Source: Basidiobolus meristosporus CBS 931.73
Taxonomy: Eukaryota; Fungi; Basidiobolomycota
DNA length: 64,000 nt
Direction of reading: 5' to 3'
NCBI GenBank assembly: GCA_002104905.1
Contig: MCFE01000066.1
Location: 126,382-190,381, forward strand
Part shown: one piece after another, positions 1-13,387 of the stretch
Layout of the letters: every line of letters starts with the position of its first letter
Position numbering within the stretch: position 1 is the first letter of the stretch
The notes under the pieces: generated by a model
Told to the model about the DNA's origin: nothing
Databases searched by the model: none
What the model saw: only the letters and a program-made list of their open reading frames with translations
Translations under genes and position numbers: made by a program

Positions 1-678
1 TGGAATGGCCCTTGGCTGAGTTTGATGTGATGCTGCTTGTTGATACAAATTGGCCCGCTCCAATGGACTTGTGTCTTTTTGAGCAGTTTGGCAGGTTCTG
101 GTGGTTTTGCTCTGAAGCACGCATGTTGACCCAATACACATTGAGTCAATGCAGGGCACTCTTGTGAAGGGTGTTGGTGTAGTTTGGACTGATGTGTGCT
201 GGCATGCTGAAGTTGCAAGGGATGGTAAGGAATCCATCAAGGCATGCTGGTGCAATCTAGATGACGTTGCTTGCAGTCTGTATTCCTCCTCTTGAAGCTC
301 ACCTTGTGGTTCCTCAAGGTATTCACTTACCCTCTGTCTAATACTTTGCAACTGTTGCCTGGATGAGTCCTGTGCATATTGCTCTTGGAAGCCACTTAGC
401 TCTATTAATATATCAAGTAATACATTAGTCATTTGAGGCAATAACTCATTCAAAATCTCTTTGGCTTCCAAAGTCAAGGTACAAATGGACATGTCTGGCC
501 CATACTGTGCAAATTGCGTGCAAAATTGTTCCCGCATGGCTTCCTCATCAAATCCCACCACTCTCAGCTCATTCTTGATTTCAATACTTGTCTTGTTATA
601 TATCTTCTTACATACATCCGCTGGCATCTTGATGTAGAACTCATGCTGCAGCTTTCTACTCAGGTTCTTCCATCTCTG
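1..678 (-). pseudogene. Putative second (Myb/SANT-like DNA-binding) ORF of the Harbinger-like element, running off the window
   Basis: A 226-codon stop-free minus frame starts QRWKNLSRKLQHEF just after a TGA. It is missing from the ORF track because it has no stop inside the window. It is divergent from the transposase, as expected for two-ORF Harbingers. The Myb call rests only on the RWKNL-like motif. Confidence 0.4.
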
Positions 679-1178
679 TCAACTCTCCAAGGAATCTAGT
701 TCTGCTAGATTAATGGGTAGTGCCCAAATATCTGTATGAAGGCTCATCATAGACACTTGGGCCATACTGAAATCATTTGGCAAGAACTCAAACAGATCTG
801 ACATTGCCTTTTCCAGTCCGGACCACGCTTGTGAGCTAGGGGATGGGTTTTGTCTGGGTTAAACTAAAGATTAGTTAAGACTTGGTATAGGGACCATAGT
901 GATAGATTTGGATACTTATACAATGGTGTATTGGCATCAACCTGGTCTTATATGAAATATATATGAAAACTAATGTGATTGTTGAACTTTCCATATGTTA
1001 TGCATGATGCATCTTGGATTGCATTGACATGGATCAGATCACATCAATCACAGATTTCCTATTTGATTATAGACTTGTGAGTAAAACATCAATAAAAATA
1101 CCCAGTCATTGTTTGAGGATGCTTTTTGCAACATAATGATGGGTTACATGGCAATTGATGGAGATTTAATCATAATTC

Positions 1179-2138
1179 ATGGAAAATCAGATAAAAAAGC
1201 TGATTGTGCCAAATCAAATCAAGTCAACTCAGCAAAATCCTCCCAACTTTAATATGACTTACTCATCTGAATGGTCTTTTCCCATCAATCCCATCACTAC
1301 CACTGGATTCTCTTTTGACACACTAGTGGAGATCTATACCAAGTACTGTGGCCCATCTACCCCAATCTACTCAAGGAGATCCTTTGTTAAGCTTCTCTGC
1401 TATTACAAGAACTATTGCCCTACAAGGTTACATCCCACCATGCATGGCAACAAAAGTCCTAGAAGCTTTCATTCTCAGCTGACAGCAATGGAGAACCACC
1501 TTGCAGAGGGTATGAATAACTTAGAGCAAGTTTGGAGTACTATATTTAGAAGCTCCAATAGACTTCCATATCCCAGAGTGTTCAGCAACTGGTTCCATAT
1601 AAGGAGTATTTTGAATACCTTCCTATTCAGGATTAATAGACCTTCTAGAGGGCAGAGGCACTTTTATTCTGGCAAGTACAAGGCACACTGTGTGAAGTTT
1701 CAAGCACTGTCTGACATTGAGGGTAACATCATCAGGTTTAGTGGGCCATTTGCTGGCAGTGGGCATGACAAAGCACTCTTGGTAGAGAATGATCCAGATT
1801 TCAGTAGAGGGGAGAAATGTATGGCAGACTTAGCCTATATAGGAGAGGATTGTTAGAGATTAGGATGTATTACAGCTTATAGGAAGCCAATGAATGGTGT
1901 GCTTAGCAGGAAGCAGAAGCTCTACAATGAGATATTTAATCATTTCAGAGTGAGGGTAGAGCATACATTTTGATATCTGAAGAGATTCAGCATATTGGCA
2001 GGTAAATACAGAGGAACATCATATATAGGAGAAAACAGTAGAATAAGTAAAATAGTTAAGATACTTATCAATGCACAGTATATTCATACAAGAAGACATC
2101 CACTGAGAGAAATGTGTCTGGAGCATTATGAAGAGTAA
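1179..2138 (+). pseudogene. Harbinger/IS5-like DDE transposase (DDE_Tnp_4) with in-frame stops
   Basis: Motifs YSGKYKAHCVKFQ, SGPFAGSGHD and MADLAYIG precede a stop at 1854-1856. The same frame continues AYRKP...YNEIFNHFRVRVEHTF*YLKRFSIL...YRG to TAA at 2136-2138. Confidence 0.85.
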
Positions 2139-5100
2139 ATAAAGCAGGGAAAGCACTACTCTGAGCAACATGAGTGAAATTGAGTAAAATTACCAGCAAC
2201 TATAACCTACCACTGGCATGATAATAGAAATTATAGTGCCAGATAGTGCCAGATCAATCCAGCTTTATAAACCGGCTGGCACTATGTGGCACTATTCAAA
2301 AAAACAAGTCTAATATGTTTGCAATCATTTCATCTGAAGGACAGTAAGCTAAGCTAACTAAGTTATTCTTTATAGCTTCACATATGAAATGATGTCAAAT
2401 TTCTATGTGCTTAGTTCTAGCATGAAAAGTTGGATTTCTACCTAATTGTATACATCTTTAATATCTTGAAATAAAGTAATAGGTGTTTTTTGACATAGGC
2501 CTAAATCTGTAAAAAGCTTTCTTAACCACATTGCTTCTTTTGTAGCTTCACAGGCTGCCACATACTCTGCCTCTGTGGTAGAAAGTGCTACGGTTGGTTG
2601 CTTTCTTGAATTCCATGAACTTGCTCCTTGATGGTAAAGAAAGGTATATCCTGTGGTGGATCATCTGTCTTCCAAATTTTGTCCCCAATTAGCATCAGAG
2701 TATCCCACAAGGTCCTGTTCTGTGTCCTTTTAAGTGTATCTTAAGCAGATATCAGCAGTTCCTTTTGGTTATCTAAAAATCCACTCAACTGCTGCAATAT
2801 GATCAGATCCATAGTTCTGATTATGTTGGCTGACAACTCCCACTGAATATGAGATATCTGGGCATGTTCTAAGCATGATATACATCAGACTGAAAACCAT
2901 AGATTGATAAGGAAAGCCAGGGCTTTTGGATGGCACCAAGCTCTCTTGATTTGGATGAGTTTTGACCAAGTTAAGGTTTGGCCCCATTGGGGTAGCTGCC
3001 AGTTTACAGTCTTCCATTTGGTACTTCTTTAGTATATCTTGAATATACTTGGATTGGCTTAGGGTAATAGTCGGGGTACTTCTGTCTATGGAGAACCTAA
3101 TCCCTAAGTAGTAATTGAGTTCTCCTAGGTTGGACATCTTGAAATCCTTAGATAGGCTGGATTTGATCTCTTCCAATGTTTCTAAGTTATTAGTGGGTAT
3201 AATAAGATCATCCATATATAGAGCTAATAAAACTGTATTTGCTCTATCTGGCTTATAGTATATACTATAGTCAGCATTACTTCTTTTGAAACTCAAAGAT
3301 TCCAAATAAGAATCTATCTTGCAATTCCAGGCTCTTGGTGATTGTTTAAGACCTTATAGTGACTTTTTAAGCTTGTAGACCAAATGGGGGTTATCTTGGT
3401 CAACAAACCCATCAGGCTGGTCCATATACATGTCCTCATCAAGTTTTTTATTCAAAAATGCAGTTTTTACATCCATTTGATAAATAAAAAACTTATGTTT
3501 GGCTGCAATAGCCAATATTAATATGATGGAATTAAACTTGGCTACTGGTGCAAAGGTCTCAGTATAGTCAAGTTCTTTTGTTTGAGAGTATCCTTTGGCT
3601 ACAAGTTTTGCTTTGTATCTTTTAATTGTACCATCAGCCTTGTATTTTGTCTTAAAGACCCATCTGCATCCCATTGATTTTTGGTTGATTGGTAATTTGA
3701 TATAGTCCCAAGTTTTATTTTCCATCAGGGCCTGATATTCCTCAGTCATTGCAGATCTCCAAAGCTTTGTCTGAGGGCTATTTAGGGCCTCTTTTACAGT
3801 CTGGGGCTCATCAATATGCACTGAATAGGCATAGGCAAAGTTTGTACCCTCTTTGATATAGTAATTTGGGCTATTTCTTGTCTGATTGAATCTCCAGACA
3901 TTTGATACTGGAATGATCACTTCTGGGATATTGCTGGGCACTGATTCTGGCTGAACCACAGTTGTAGAGTCCTCTGGAGTGAAAAAAGTCTCATTGTTTT
4001 GCTCTGATTCAATCCTGACAATTGGTGGACTTGAGATCAGATTTTTGTCATCATCTGATGTCAATTATTGTGAAATTTTGAATTTTCATCAGACAACATA
4101 TCCCTGGACTTGCTTAGCTTCTTTGCTTTGGCATTGTAGAGTCTGTATGCTTTACTCTCATTGCAGTAGCCCAAAAATATGCATTTTACACTTTTTGGCT
4201 CAAATTTTGACTGATTTCCAGGCAGTTTCTTGCCATATGCTGTACTCTCAGATATTCTTAGATGTTTGGCACCTGGTTGGTCTCCATACCATACTTCAAA
4301 AGGAGTAGAATCATGAAGTATTCTGTTATAACTTTTATTTTTAAGATATACAGCAGTGTCAACTGATTCCGCCAAAAAATTATAGGATAATTTTGAACAT
4401 GGATCATAGATCTTGCCATATCAGTTATTGATCTGTTAGCACATTCTGCTGCTCCATTTTGCTGTGGGGAGTATGGTACAGTAGTCTCTTGTTTCATCCC
4501 ATGAATTTTGCAGAAGTGGATGAAGAGTTTTGAGGTATGTTCTCCACCACTGTCAGAGTGTATTTTCTTGATTTTTTCACCAGTTTCTCTCTCCACCATG
4601 GCTTTAAACTCCCTGAGCTTAGACAGAGCTTCTTCCTTTCTCTCCATGAAGTAGACCCATGTGTATCTTGTATAATCATCAACAAAAGTGATTAAATACT
4701 TCATCCTGCCTAAGGTTAAATTTTGCATAGGGCCACACAGCGCTGAGTGAATTAAATCTAATTTTTTCTTAGTTTTGATCAACCCAGAGCTCTTGAACAG
4801 TTGTATGGCTTGTTTCCCATATATGCAGGCTTTACAGTGCTCCAAATTAGCTGGGGGAGCAGTTTTTACTCCAGATATTAGCTGATCTTTGATCATTTTG
4901 CGCAAATAATCAAAATTGATGTGCCCAAATCTCCTGTGCCAAAGCATTGGTGTTTCTTCATTTGAGTTACTTATATTGGCTTCCAAATATGATGGAATAT
5001 AAGTCAAATTGTATAGATTCTGATCTCTGATACCCAAAGCAATATGGCACCATTTTGATCAGTGATCTTGCATCCAGAATTGTCAAAGCTGAAACTGAGT

Positions 5101-6197
5101 CCTTCTGCAGTGGCCTTGCTTACAGATAGTAGGTTCTTGGCTATTTCTGGTACATAGAGTACTTCTTTAAAGGTCAGTGTATGGCTTCCTTCACTGCTTC
5201 TTAGGTTTATGTGGATAGTTCCTACTCCCACTGCATCAAGTGTTCTATTGTTACCCATGAAAACCCTCTTAATTGGAATTTCTTGATATTGGGTAAAAAG
5301 TTCTTTTTGGTGTGTAAAGTGTTGAGATGCTCCAGAGTCAATATACCACATCTGAGAATCCTTGTTTGTGGTCATATTTAGTGCAGATATGAATAATCTA
5401 TCTTGAGTTGTTGCAGCATTTCCATATTCAGGCTTCTTTTGCTGATTATCCTTCTTTCTGAGGCACCGGTCTAATGTGTGTCCTTTCCTTTTGCAGTAGT
5501 TACAAAACAGGTTGCTGTTGCCTTTGTAGGGTCTTGGGTACCTCCTTTGTTGGTTATCATTGCTTATTAAAGCATTTTCTTCTTCCTTCTTATTTGCGCT
5601 TGATTTTCTTAATTCTTCATCCAGGAGCCTTCCATATATGTAATTTAAGGTCAAATCTTCAGTTCTGGACTCTAGGGCTGATACAAGGCCCTGAAACTTG
5701 TCTGTCAGGCTATTCAGGATGGTAAATATCACATCCCCATCAGTAGTTGGTACACCCACAGATTCCATCTCATCTACCAGCAGGGTAATTCTGTTAATTA
5801 GATTTTTCATTTCTTCTCCTAGCAGCATCTTTGTAGTAAAGAATTCTTGTCTCAGATACATTTTCTTAGCAGCTGAACATGACTGGTAGGTGTCCTCTAA
5901 TGCCTTCCAGGCATTCTTTGCAGTTTTTGCTCTTGAGCATTGAATTAGCAATTTGTCTTTAACATTAAGGCAAATGCAGTTAGAGGCACTTTGTTCTTTC
6001 TTCTGGTACTTTAAGGCTTCCTCTCCCACGTTTTTAGGAGTGCATTCTTCTCCCATGACAATATCCCAAAGGCCTCTTTCTTGTAGCAGCATCTTCATCT
6101 TCACCTTCAACACTTGGTAGTTGGATCCATCCAGCTTTTCAGCAGAGGGAAAGATTCCAGTATAGCAGTAGTAGACATTCCAGATAGTGACAGCTTG

Positions 6198-6209
6198 GGG
6201 CTCATAGCC
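6198..6209 (-). promoter_or_regulatory. Copia primer-binding site
   Basis: GGCTATGAGCCC lies directly after the LTR and resembles the GGTTATGAGCCC-type PBS of fungal copia elements. Confidence 0.7.
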
Positions 6210-6541
6210 TGTTGTAAGAGTCTTGGAGATACTGGAAGTGATTGGGAGGACAAGTAGATTTTGTGGTTTTCACTTAGTGATTTATTGAATGTAATAATAG
6301 TATTTATACTTTTACATGATCTTGGCATGACAAACACATAGAATAGGTTAAGGAAGGTTCCAAGAGCATGTGTGCAAAGTTTGGGGCAGTTTGGACAACT
6401 TATCCAATTTTCATGTTCTGGGTAAATATTCTAAGTAAATCCCAACAAGGAATTTGGTCAGTATTCTCTAGGATTTGAAGGTAATGATCTAAGTGACTAA
6501 GTTAGGTGAATATTTAGGTGGAAATACAAATTCTTACAACA
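6210..6541 (-). repeat. 5' LTR of the copia element (332 bp)
   Basis: On the minus strand it starts TGTTGTAAGA and ends TCTTACAACA (perfect 10-bp terminal inverted repeat), with internal TATAAA and AATAAA. GGCTATGAGCCC follows immediately. Confidence 0.9.
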
Positions 6542-6696
6542 CTTGGGACCTTCCCTAATCTATTCTACATGTTTGTTATGCCAAGACCATGTAAAAGTAT
6601 AAATACTACTTTTACATTCAATAAATCATTAAGTGAAAACCACATAATCTACTTGTCCTCCCAATCACTTCCAATATTTCCAAGACTCTTACAACA
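6542..6696 (+). repeat. Inverted partial copy (3' half) of the same LTR family
   Basis: It is the near reverse complement of about 6210-6362 (GCCAAGACCATGTAAAAGTATAAATACT...CAAGACTCTTACAACA) and abuts the intact LTR head-to-head. Confidence 0.85.
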
Positions 6697-6755
6697 CTTC
6701 TGACTACTGCATCAATTATAAGCCAGCTGGAGCAAGTCCAGTTCTATAAACTATA

Positions 6756-6857
6756 TATATGGATGATCTTATTATGGCCATCAAGCACTGCCAGCTCCTT
6801 GAAGAAACCAAACCCAGCCTATCTGCAGAGTTCCAGATGTCTGGTCTGGGCGAGCTC
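6756..6857 (+). pseudogene. Short copia RT fragment
   Basis: Translates YMDDLIMAIKHCQLLEETKPSLSAEFQMSGLGEL, which aligns with LYMDDLII...LEEIKSSLSKDFKMSNLGEL at 2769-3305. Confidence 0.7.
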
Positions 6858-6980
6858 AGCCAAAGCTAAAGGATACGGTTTTCCATAGCAACAGACCCTC
6901 AGACTGTTGATTCATACCAGTCCTGATATATTCTGGATACAACAGTTTTATTGCTGCCTAACCCTACATTGTTGCCATCA

Positions 6981-8802
<1,822 letters not shown>

Positions 8803-9262
8803 GTTTAGGAAGTTTCAATGAAACGTCGAGGTAAACAAAATTTATAGAGGACCTGGAGAGTTCAGAATTTCAATGTCAAGCCACTGGTATCTTGGGTGAG
8901 TAGGTGATCTCCTAAATAGCATGATATCGTAATTCCTCGGAGTTGCTCTGAATTCCCAGAAATATCAAACCAACCTCAACATTAAACTTCAACATGCAGT
9001 CTATTATCACTGCTCCTAGCCGCATGTCCGATGAATACGTGGGACCCCGAAATGATCTGCAAATCCAAAGTTCATGGCGTAGAGCCTGATAATGTACAAT
9101 TAATCCCATCGTGAAGTTTCAGCATTGTAACGCATTATACTATATTTGATAGGCTCGATTGCTGGAAATTTGATTGAGAACTCTCGATAAGCACATCAAA
9201 TCAAGCGCACCATTGAAAACTGCCTTGCTTGTTAGAGCTATTATCTTTTGAAGGGTCGAAAG

Positions 9263-12200
9263 ATGACAGAAGTCAATTTTAATGGAGCCAGGTATGTTTG
9301 GTCACCAGATTGGCTGCCATATTCCCACGACTACAATCTCTGACGTGCACTTTACAGCAAAGAAAATGGATCATCGGATAATGTACAGGGTACCCCCTAT
9401 CTGCTTGCACTTCATTTAAATCCTTGACACTGATCTTGCTCTACAGAAGCGATTTCCAATCTAAAGATTAACCCATATCAGCAAGCCTACTTACTACCCG
9501 AATGGAAAGATATTACGGATTTTCTCGATGAAGCAACTAATGGTTATTATTTGGCTTGACTGATTGTTTGTACTCCTCTATTTTTGCTTACGGTATGCTC
9601 CATCAAGATTTTGACGTCGGCCAGTTAGTTCACTTGGAAAGCTTTGGGCTTTACGATTCAATGGCTGCAATTGAGGTTTTTCCACCGTTCACTCGAATTA
9701 CTCTGTACCTTTACTTACACCTTCCCTAGATCATGGATCCGAAGATGGACACAGGCATGCGTGTAGAGGGACAGGACGCAAGCAAAGATTTTGACGCTTC
9801 TTCTCCGCTGTCGGCCTCGCAGATACTCGGAGTAATGGACAAGTTGTGCTCGTGCGAGGTAGGTTCAAAGTACGGATGGACTTTGCCGCGAAGGATTCTC
9901 CTCACAAATACGAACTTTAAACAGCTGGCGTGGCACTCTGGCCATTCACTCTCACAGACGATATTCACGTGTCTGTACGTTCACAATGTGTTCAAGATAC
10001 CCCAAGTTAAAGGGGTTGCCGAGAGCGACAACAATCTAGTCTCCCTAGTCCTTAAAGCATACGTCTTGGGAGTAATCAAATGCTGCCAGCTGGTGTGGCA
10101 AGAAATGATCAAAGGAAATGTCTATGAAGTATGTTGCTAGTCAATGCATGTTCCACCACACATTTATCATGACGATTCTAGTTGCAATCAAAAAGGAGGA
10201 AGATTTTACGACAAACAAGTACGGTCTGAGCTTTTATGAAGATTTTCCTGAATCAGAGACACTGAATCTCCTGGAGGATGCCGAAGAGTGGCTTATGAAA
10301 ATCATCAAGACTGCCAACGAGGGTAGAATACCATTGCTTATGCATCTCTTGACCAATCCTTAACATATACGATAGATGAAGAGATCCGATTCAAAGACGG
10401 CTACATCACTGATGGCTCTCACGCAAAGGCACTGTTGTCCAGAATTCAGTTGCGGAAAGTAAGCGCCGTACACCATTTGAAAAGCAGGAGTTAGCTCTAA
10501 TCAAACCCTTTTCAGAGATATCTCCTTGGACTGGTATACATCTCAGGCATGCAGTTTTCCGAATCCCAGAAGGAATTCGATCTTGCCAAATCTTTACTTG
10601 ATGGCCTTGGCCCTGGCACGGTGAAGTCCACATTGAGCCTGGCTGAAGACGTCATGGATGGTTGCTAATGCGGATCATAGATCTTTGTCCCACCTAAGCC
10701 CTAACTCCAGTTTATAGCGTTCGACCCTCTCATCAACAGAAAATTGGCCGCACAGGCTCCACCTCGCCCAATCACTCTGGTGACAGTAAATGAGGTTGCG
10801 ATCCGCCATGTAGCACTGTTGCGCTTCAGAGCTGTCTCTTATCAATGATCCATTTATACATAGGCATATGCCAATCTATCAGCGCTCTGTGGCCGATTGT
10901 CCACGATATCAACCATCACGCAATGCCACTCAGTAGAAACTCTGATCGTAGGGACTTTGTGCTGCCAGTCACGCCATTTCGATCCACTGACCTGCTTATT
11001 ATCAGAATTTCTTCTTCTATTACTCCCAAGTTCAGCCTCAGGCTTGTGCTGTATCAAGATCGTATATTCAGGTACCAGGCCATGATTGGAACTGTCTATG
11101 GTTGCTGGGCATTAACTGAAGCCACTCACAGTCGGCCTTATATTCCGATCACCGCATCCTCGGGAGACTCCCAGTCTTTTACTTTGTCCGGGACTCCATT
11201 ATTGAGAGCGTACGTCCTCCGCTTGAAGTCGTCGAGCTTCCGTCGGGAGATAGTAGCCACAAGGAGTTGTACTCGCTTGTTACTGGCTTTATCACTAGAG
11301 CAGCCAAGGTAACTCTCCTCAACGCTCTGGTCACTGCCATTCTTACCACTTATCATCGGATAGCCTTTCATCGATACATTCAAAGTATACTGCCAAAATC
11401 GCTCCCGTCAAAGACGAGTTATGTGCAAATTACTTCGCGAATGGGAGATTCTACAAGAAGAGGTACTCAGCTATAGCTTCGTCAATGATGATCAGATGTC
11501 GCCCATAGCTTCAGGAATGATGAGTAGATGCCCAATCACTAACGGGATTAATATAGGCTGAGCATATTGATGAGCAGTTCCACGCTGTCTTCAAATCCAA
11601 TGTAAACCCCAGCACTTTGCTTCGGTCAACATTACCTCGTCATTTACTCGGTTTCTTCGCAGGCTGCGTCACTTCCGTTTTTCTATTCGTCATGGGTCTA
11701 CCACCGTAAGCTGAGTATGATGATCCAAGTTGCTCAGCTAGGCTTTGACTTGGAGCTGTTTGCTGAATATGAATATCTGATGATGTTCTGGTAAGTCTCA
11801 TTGGATTGCATGCCACCTACATCAAGCCTAACGCATTGTCTCAAGGCACCTGGATTATCTGTATGGCGCATACAGCCAACATTTGGAACGGATAGTAAAC
11901 ATCACTCTTACCTGTGCCCAAGGACGAGGTGACTATTGTGGGATTCAGATGGCATCCTGCCGACCATCTTGCTTACTATTCGTTCTCAGAAAAAGCCACC
12001 CCTAGTCAAGGAAATCGCGACGTTCCCGAATCTGCATCCCCACTGGCAATACAGCGAATTCAAGTCACAGGCTTGAGGGAGATGACCAGAGGGATTTATT
12101 TGGTAAGATGCATATCTTCTCTCCACATGATCAAGCCCGTACTCAACATACATGCCAGATGATTGCCGCATTCAATCGAACTGGCCATATCAGATCTCCC

Positions 12201-12753
12201 TCGTTGAAATTCGATGATGAACGCACTAGGTTTTGCCACCGCTTTCGTATGTACAATCAGCTGGTATCCCCGACGCCTCTTTCATACAACGACTATCAGG
12301 AAACTCTGCGCCAAATTGAGTCCATTTCGGTATGTTCTAGATGGTTTTGTGGGAGATATTTGCGACCATATTTTAACTTGGGCTTTAGATCCATGATCTG
12401 TTGATTACCGCCCTTAGGAGCTTCCAAACTGCAAAATCAGTGATGGAAGGCTTGCTCAAGTTTAGCGAGACGGAAGTATTTTCGGAATTATCTTATGCGG
12501 AGTTTACGGCAGTAAGTTCGTCCGTTGGGCACTTTGGAGCGCAACACCATGCTAACTTCAATCGTAGAATGCCAAGGCAGTTATTCGCGTGTGTATTGGC
12601 AATAGCCTCACTTTACAAACAGCCATCAAGGATCCTGAGGTGGCCTCCCTAAGTAAAAAGACCCCGAATCAGATTAGCCAACATATACCAACTAAATCCA
12701 TCAGCTATGACTTCAAGTACCATCGCTCTTTCCCCGTGATCACCATTAGATGA
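9263..12753 (+). CDS. NAA35: NatC auxiliary subunit Naa35/Mak10 (multi-exon)
   Basis: Motifs LYDSMAAIE|IMDPKMDTG, WHSGHSLSQTIFTCLY, YEEEDF, YCQNRSRQRR and RFCHRF. The last exon ends FPVITIR*. The start codon is inferred. Confidence 0.88.
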
Positions 12754-13387
12754 TCCACCCCTCTTGTAACCCGCCTGTCACCACCCGCCACCCATCTACC
12801 ATTTCAATTTTGTATGAGCTCTGATTGACTAGACTTATAGTGCCATATAAACATCGGCTTTCTTACACGAGGACGGCTAGTTGGGCCACGCCTGGTAATC
12901 GTTTAAGAATGAAAATACCCTCTTCATCCCGAACCTATATTTGGATGTTTTCATCCCTTCTTATTTCCATGTATGTTAGCCGGATGATTAGCAACTTCCT
13001 AGGTAAAAATACTGGCGGATAGCCATCACCAATCAACAAGCGGATTGGATGTAAAGAATGCCATTGATACGAGAAATTCAATCTGGGTTCCGTATAACAC
13101 AGGTACCTCTCCACCGCAAGTTAGGTTATTTTGTCCGACGGGATCTCGGGAATCCGCTAATTTGTCAGATCGATCAAACTTTAACTGACAAAGGTCACGT
13201 GCATATAGGTCACCAAATACATTTATCGTCCCCATCTCTGTCTCACGATTACTTTCCCACAAAAAAAAATAGAAACATCGAATCTCTTTTCGTAGTCTCT
13301 TCGTCTACACCCAAGGAACTCGGCACTAGCTAGTCAATTGTGGACTAAATCCTATTTGTCGTTTAAAAGTGCTTTCACAACAGTGCG

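Larger units (their letters stand above)
1..2311. mobile_element. PIF/Harbinger-superfamily DNA transposon, right part (left end is outside the window)
   Basis: Contains a DDE_Tnp_4-like transposase and a divergent second ORF. The right end reads GTGGCACTATTCAAAAAAACAAGTCT followed by AAT, matching the terminus and AAT TSD of the MITE at 59280-60013. It interrupts the copia RNase H at the DEMIANI motif. Confidence 0.8.
2315..6541 (-). mobile_element. Decayed Ty1/copia LTR retrotransposon (gag-PR-IN-RT-RH), 3' end interrupted by the Harbinger element
   Basis: Copia domain order: CCHC knuckle CNYCKRKGHTLDRC and protease WYIDSGASQH (5004-6113), integrase LIHSALCGP/FVDDYTRY (4258-5037), RT EPQTVKEAL, YKAKLVAKGYSQ and LYMDDL (2769-4064), degenerate RNase H to about 2315. 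Several frameshifts and stops. Confidence 0.95.

Noticed and set aside
1854-1980. In-frame stops in the transposase and copia as recoding or selenocysteine
   Set aside because: Mixed TAG/TGA/TAA stops occur together with frameshifts in decayed TEs, so this is ordinary pseudogenisation.
1-6860. Neurospora-type RIP as the cause of TE decay
   Set aside because: CpA and TpG remain abundant and the DNA is not extremely AT-rich. The loss is specific to CpG by eye, although indices were not computed.
6868-6876. GTATCCTTT on the minus strand as a second U12 donor
   Set aside because: It lies downstream of the KMO stop, at the TE boundary, with no CCTTAAC-like branch point after it.
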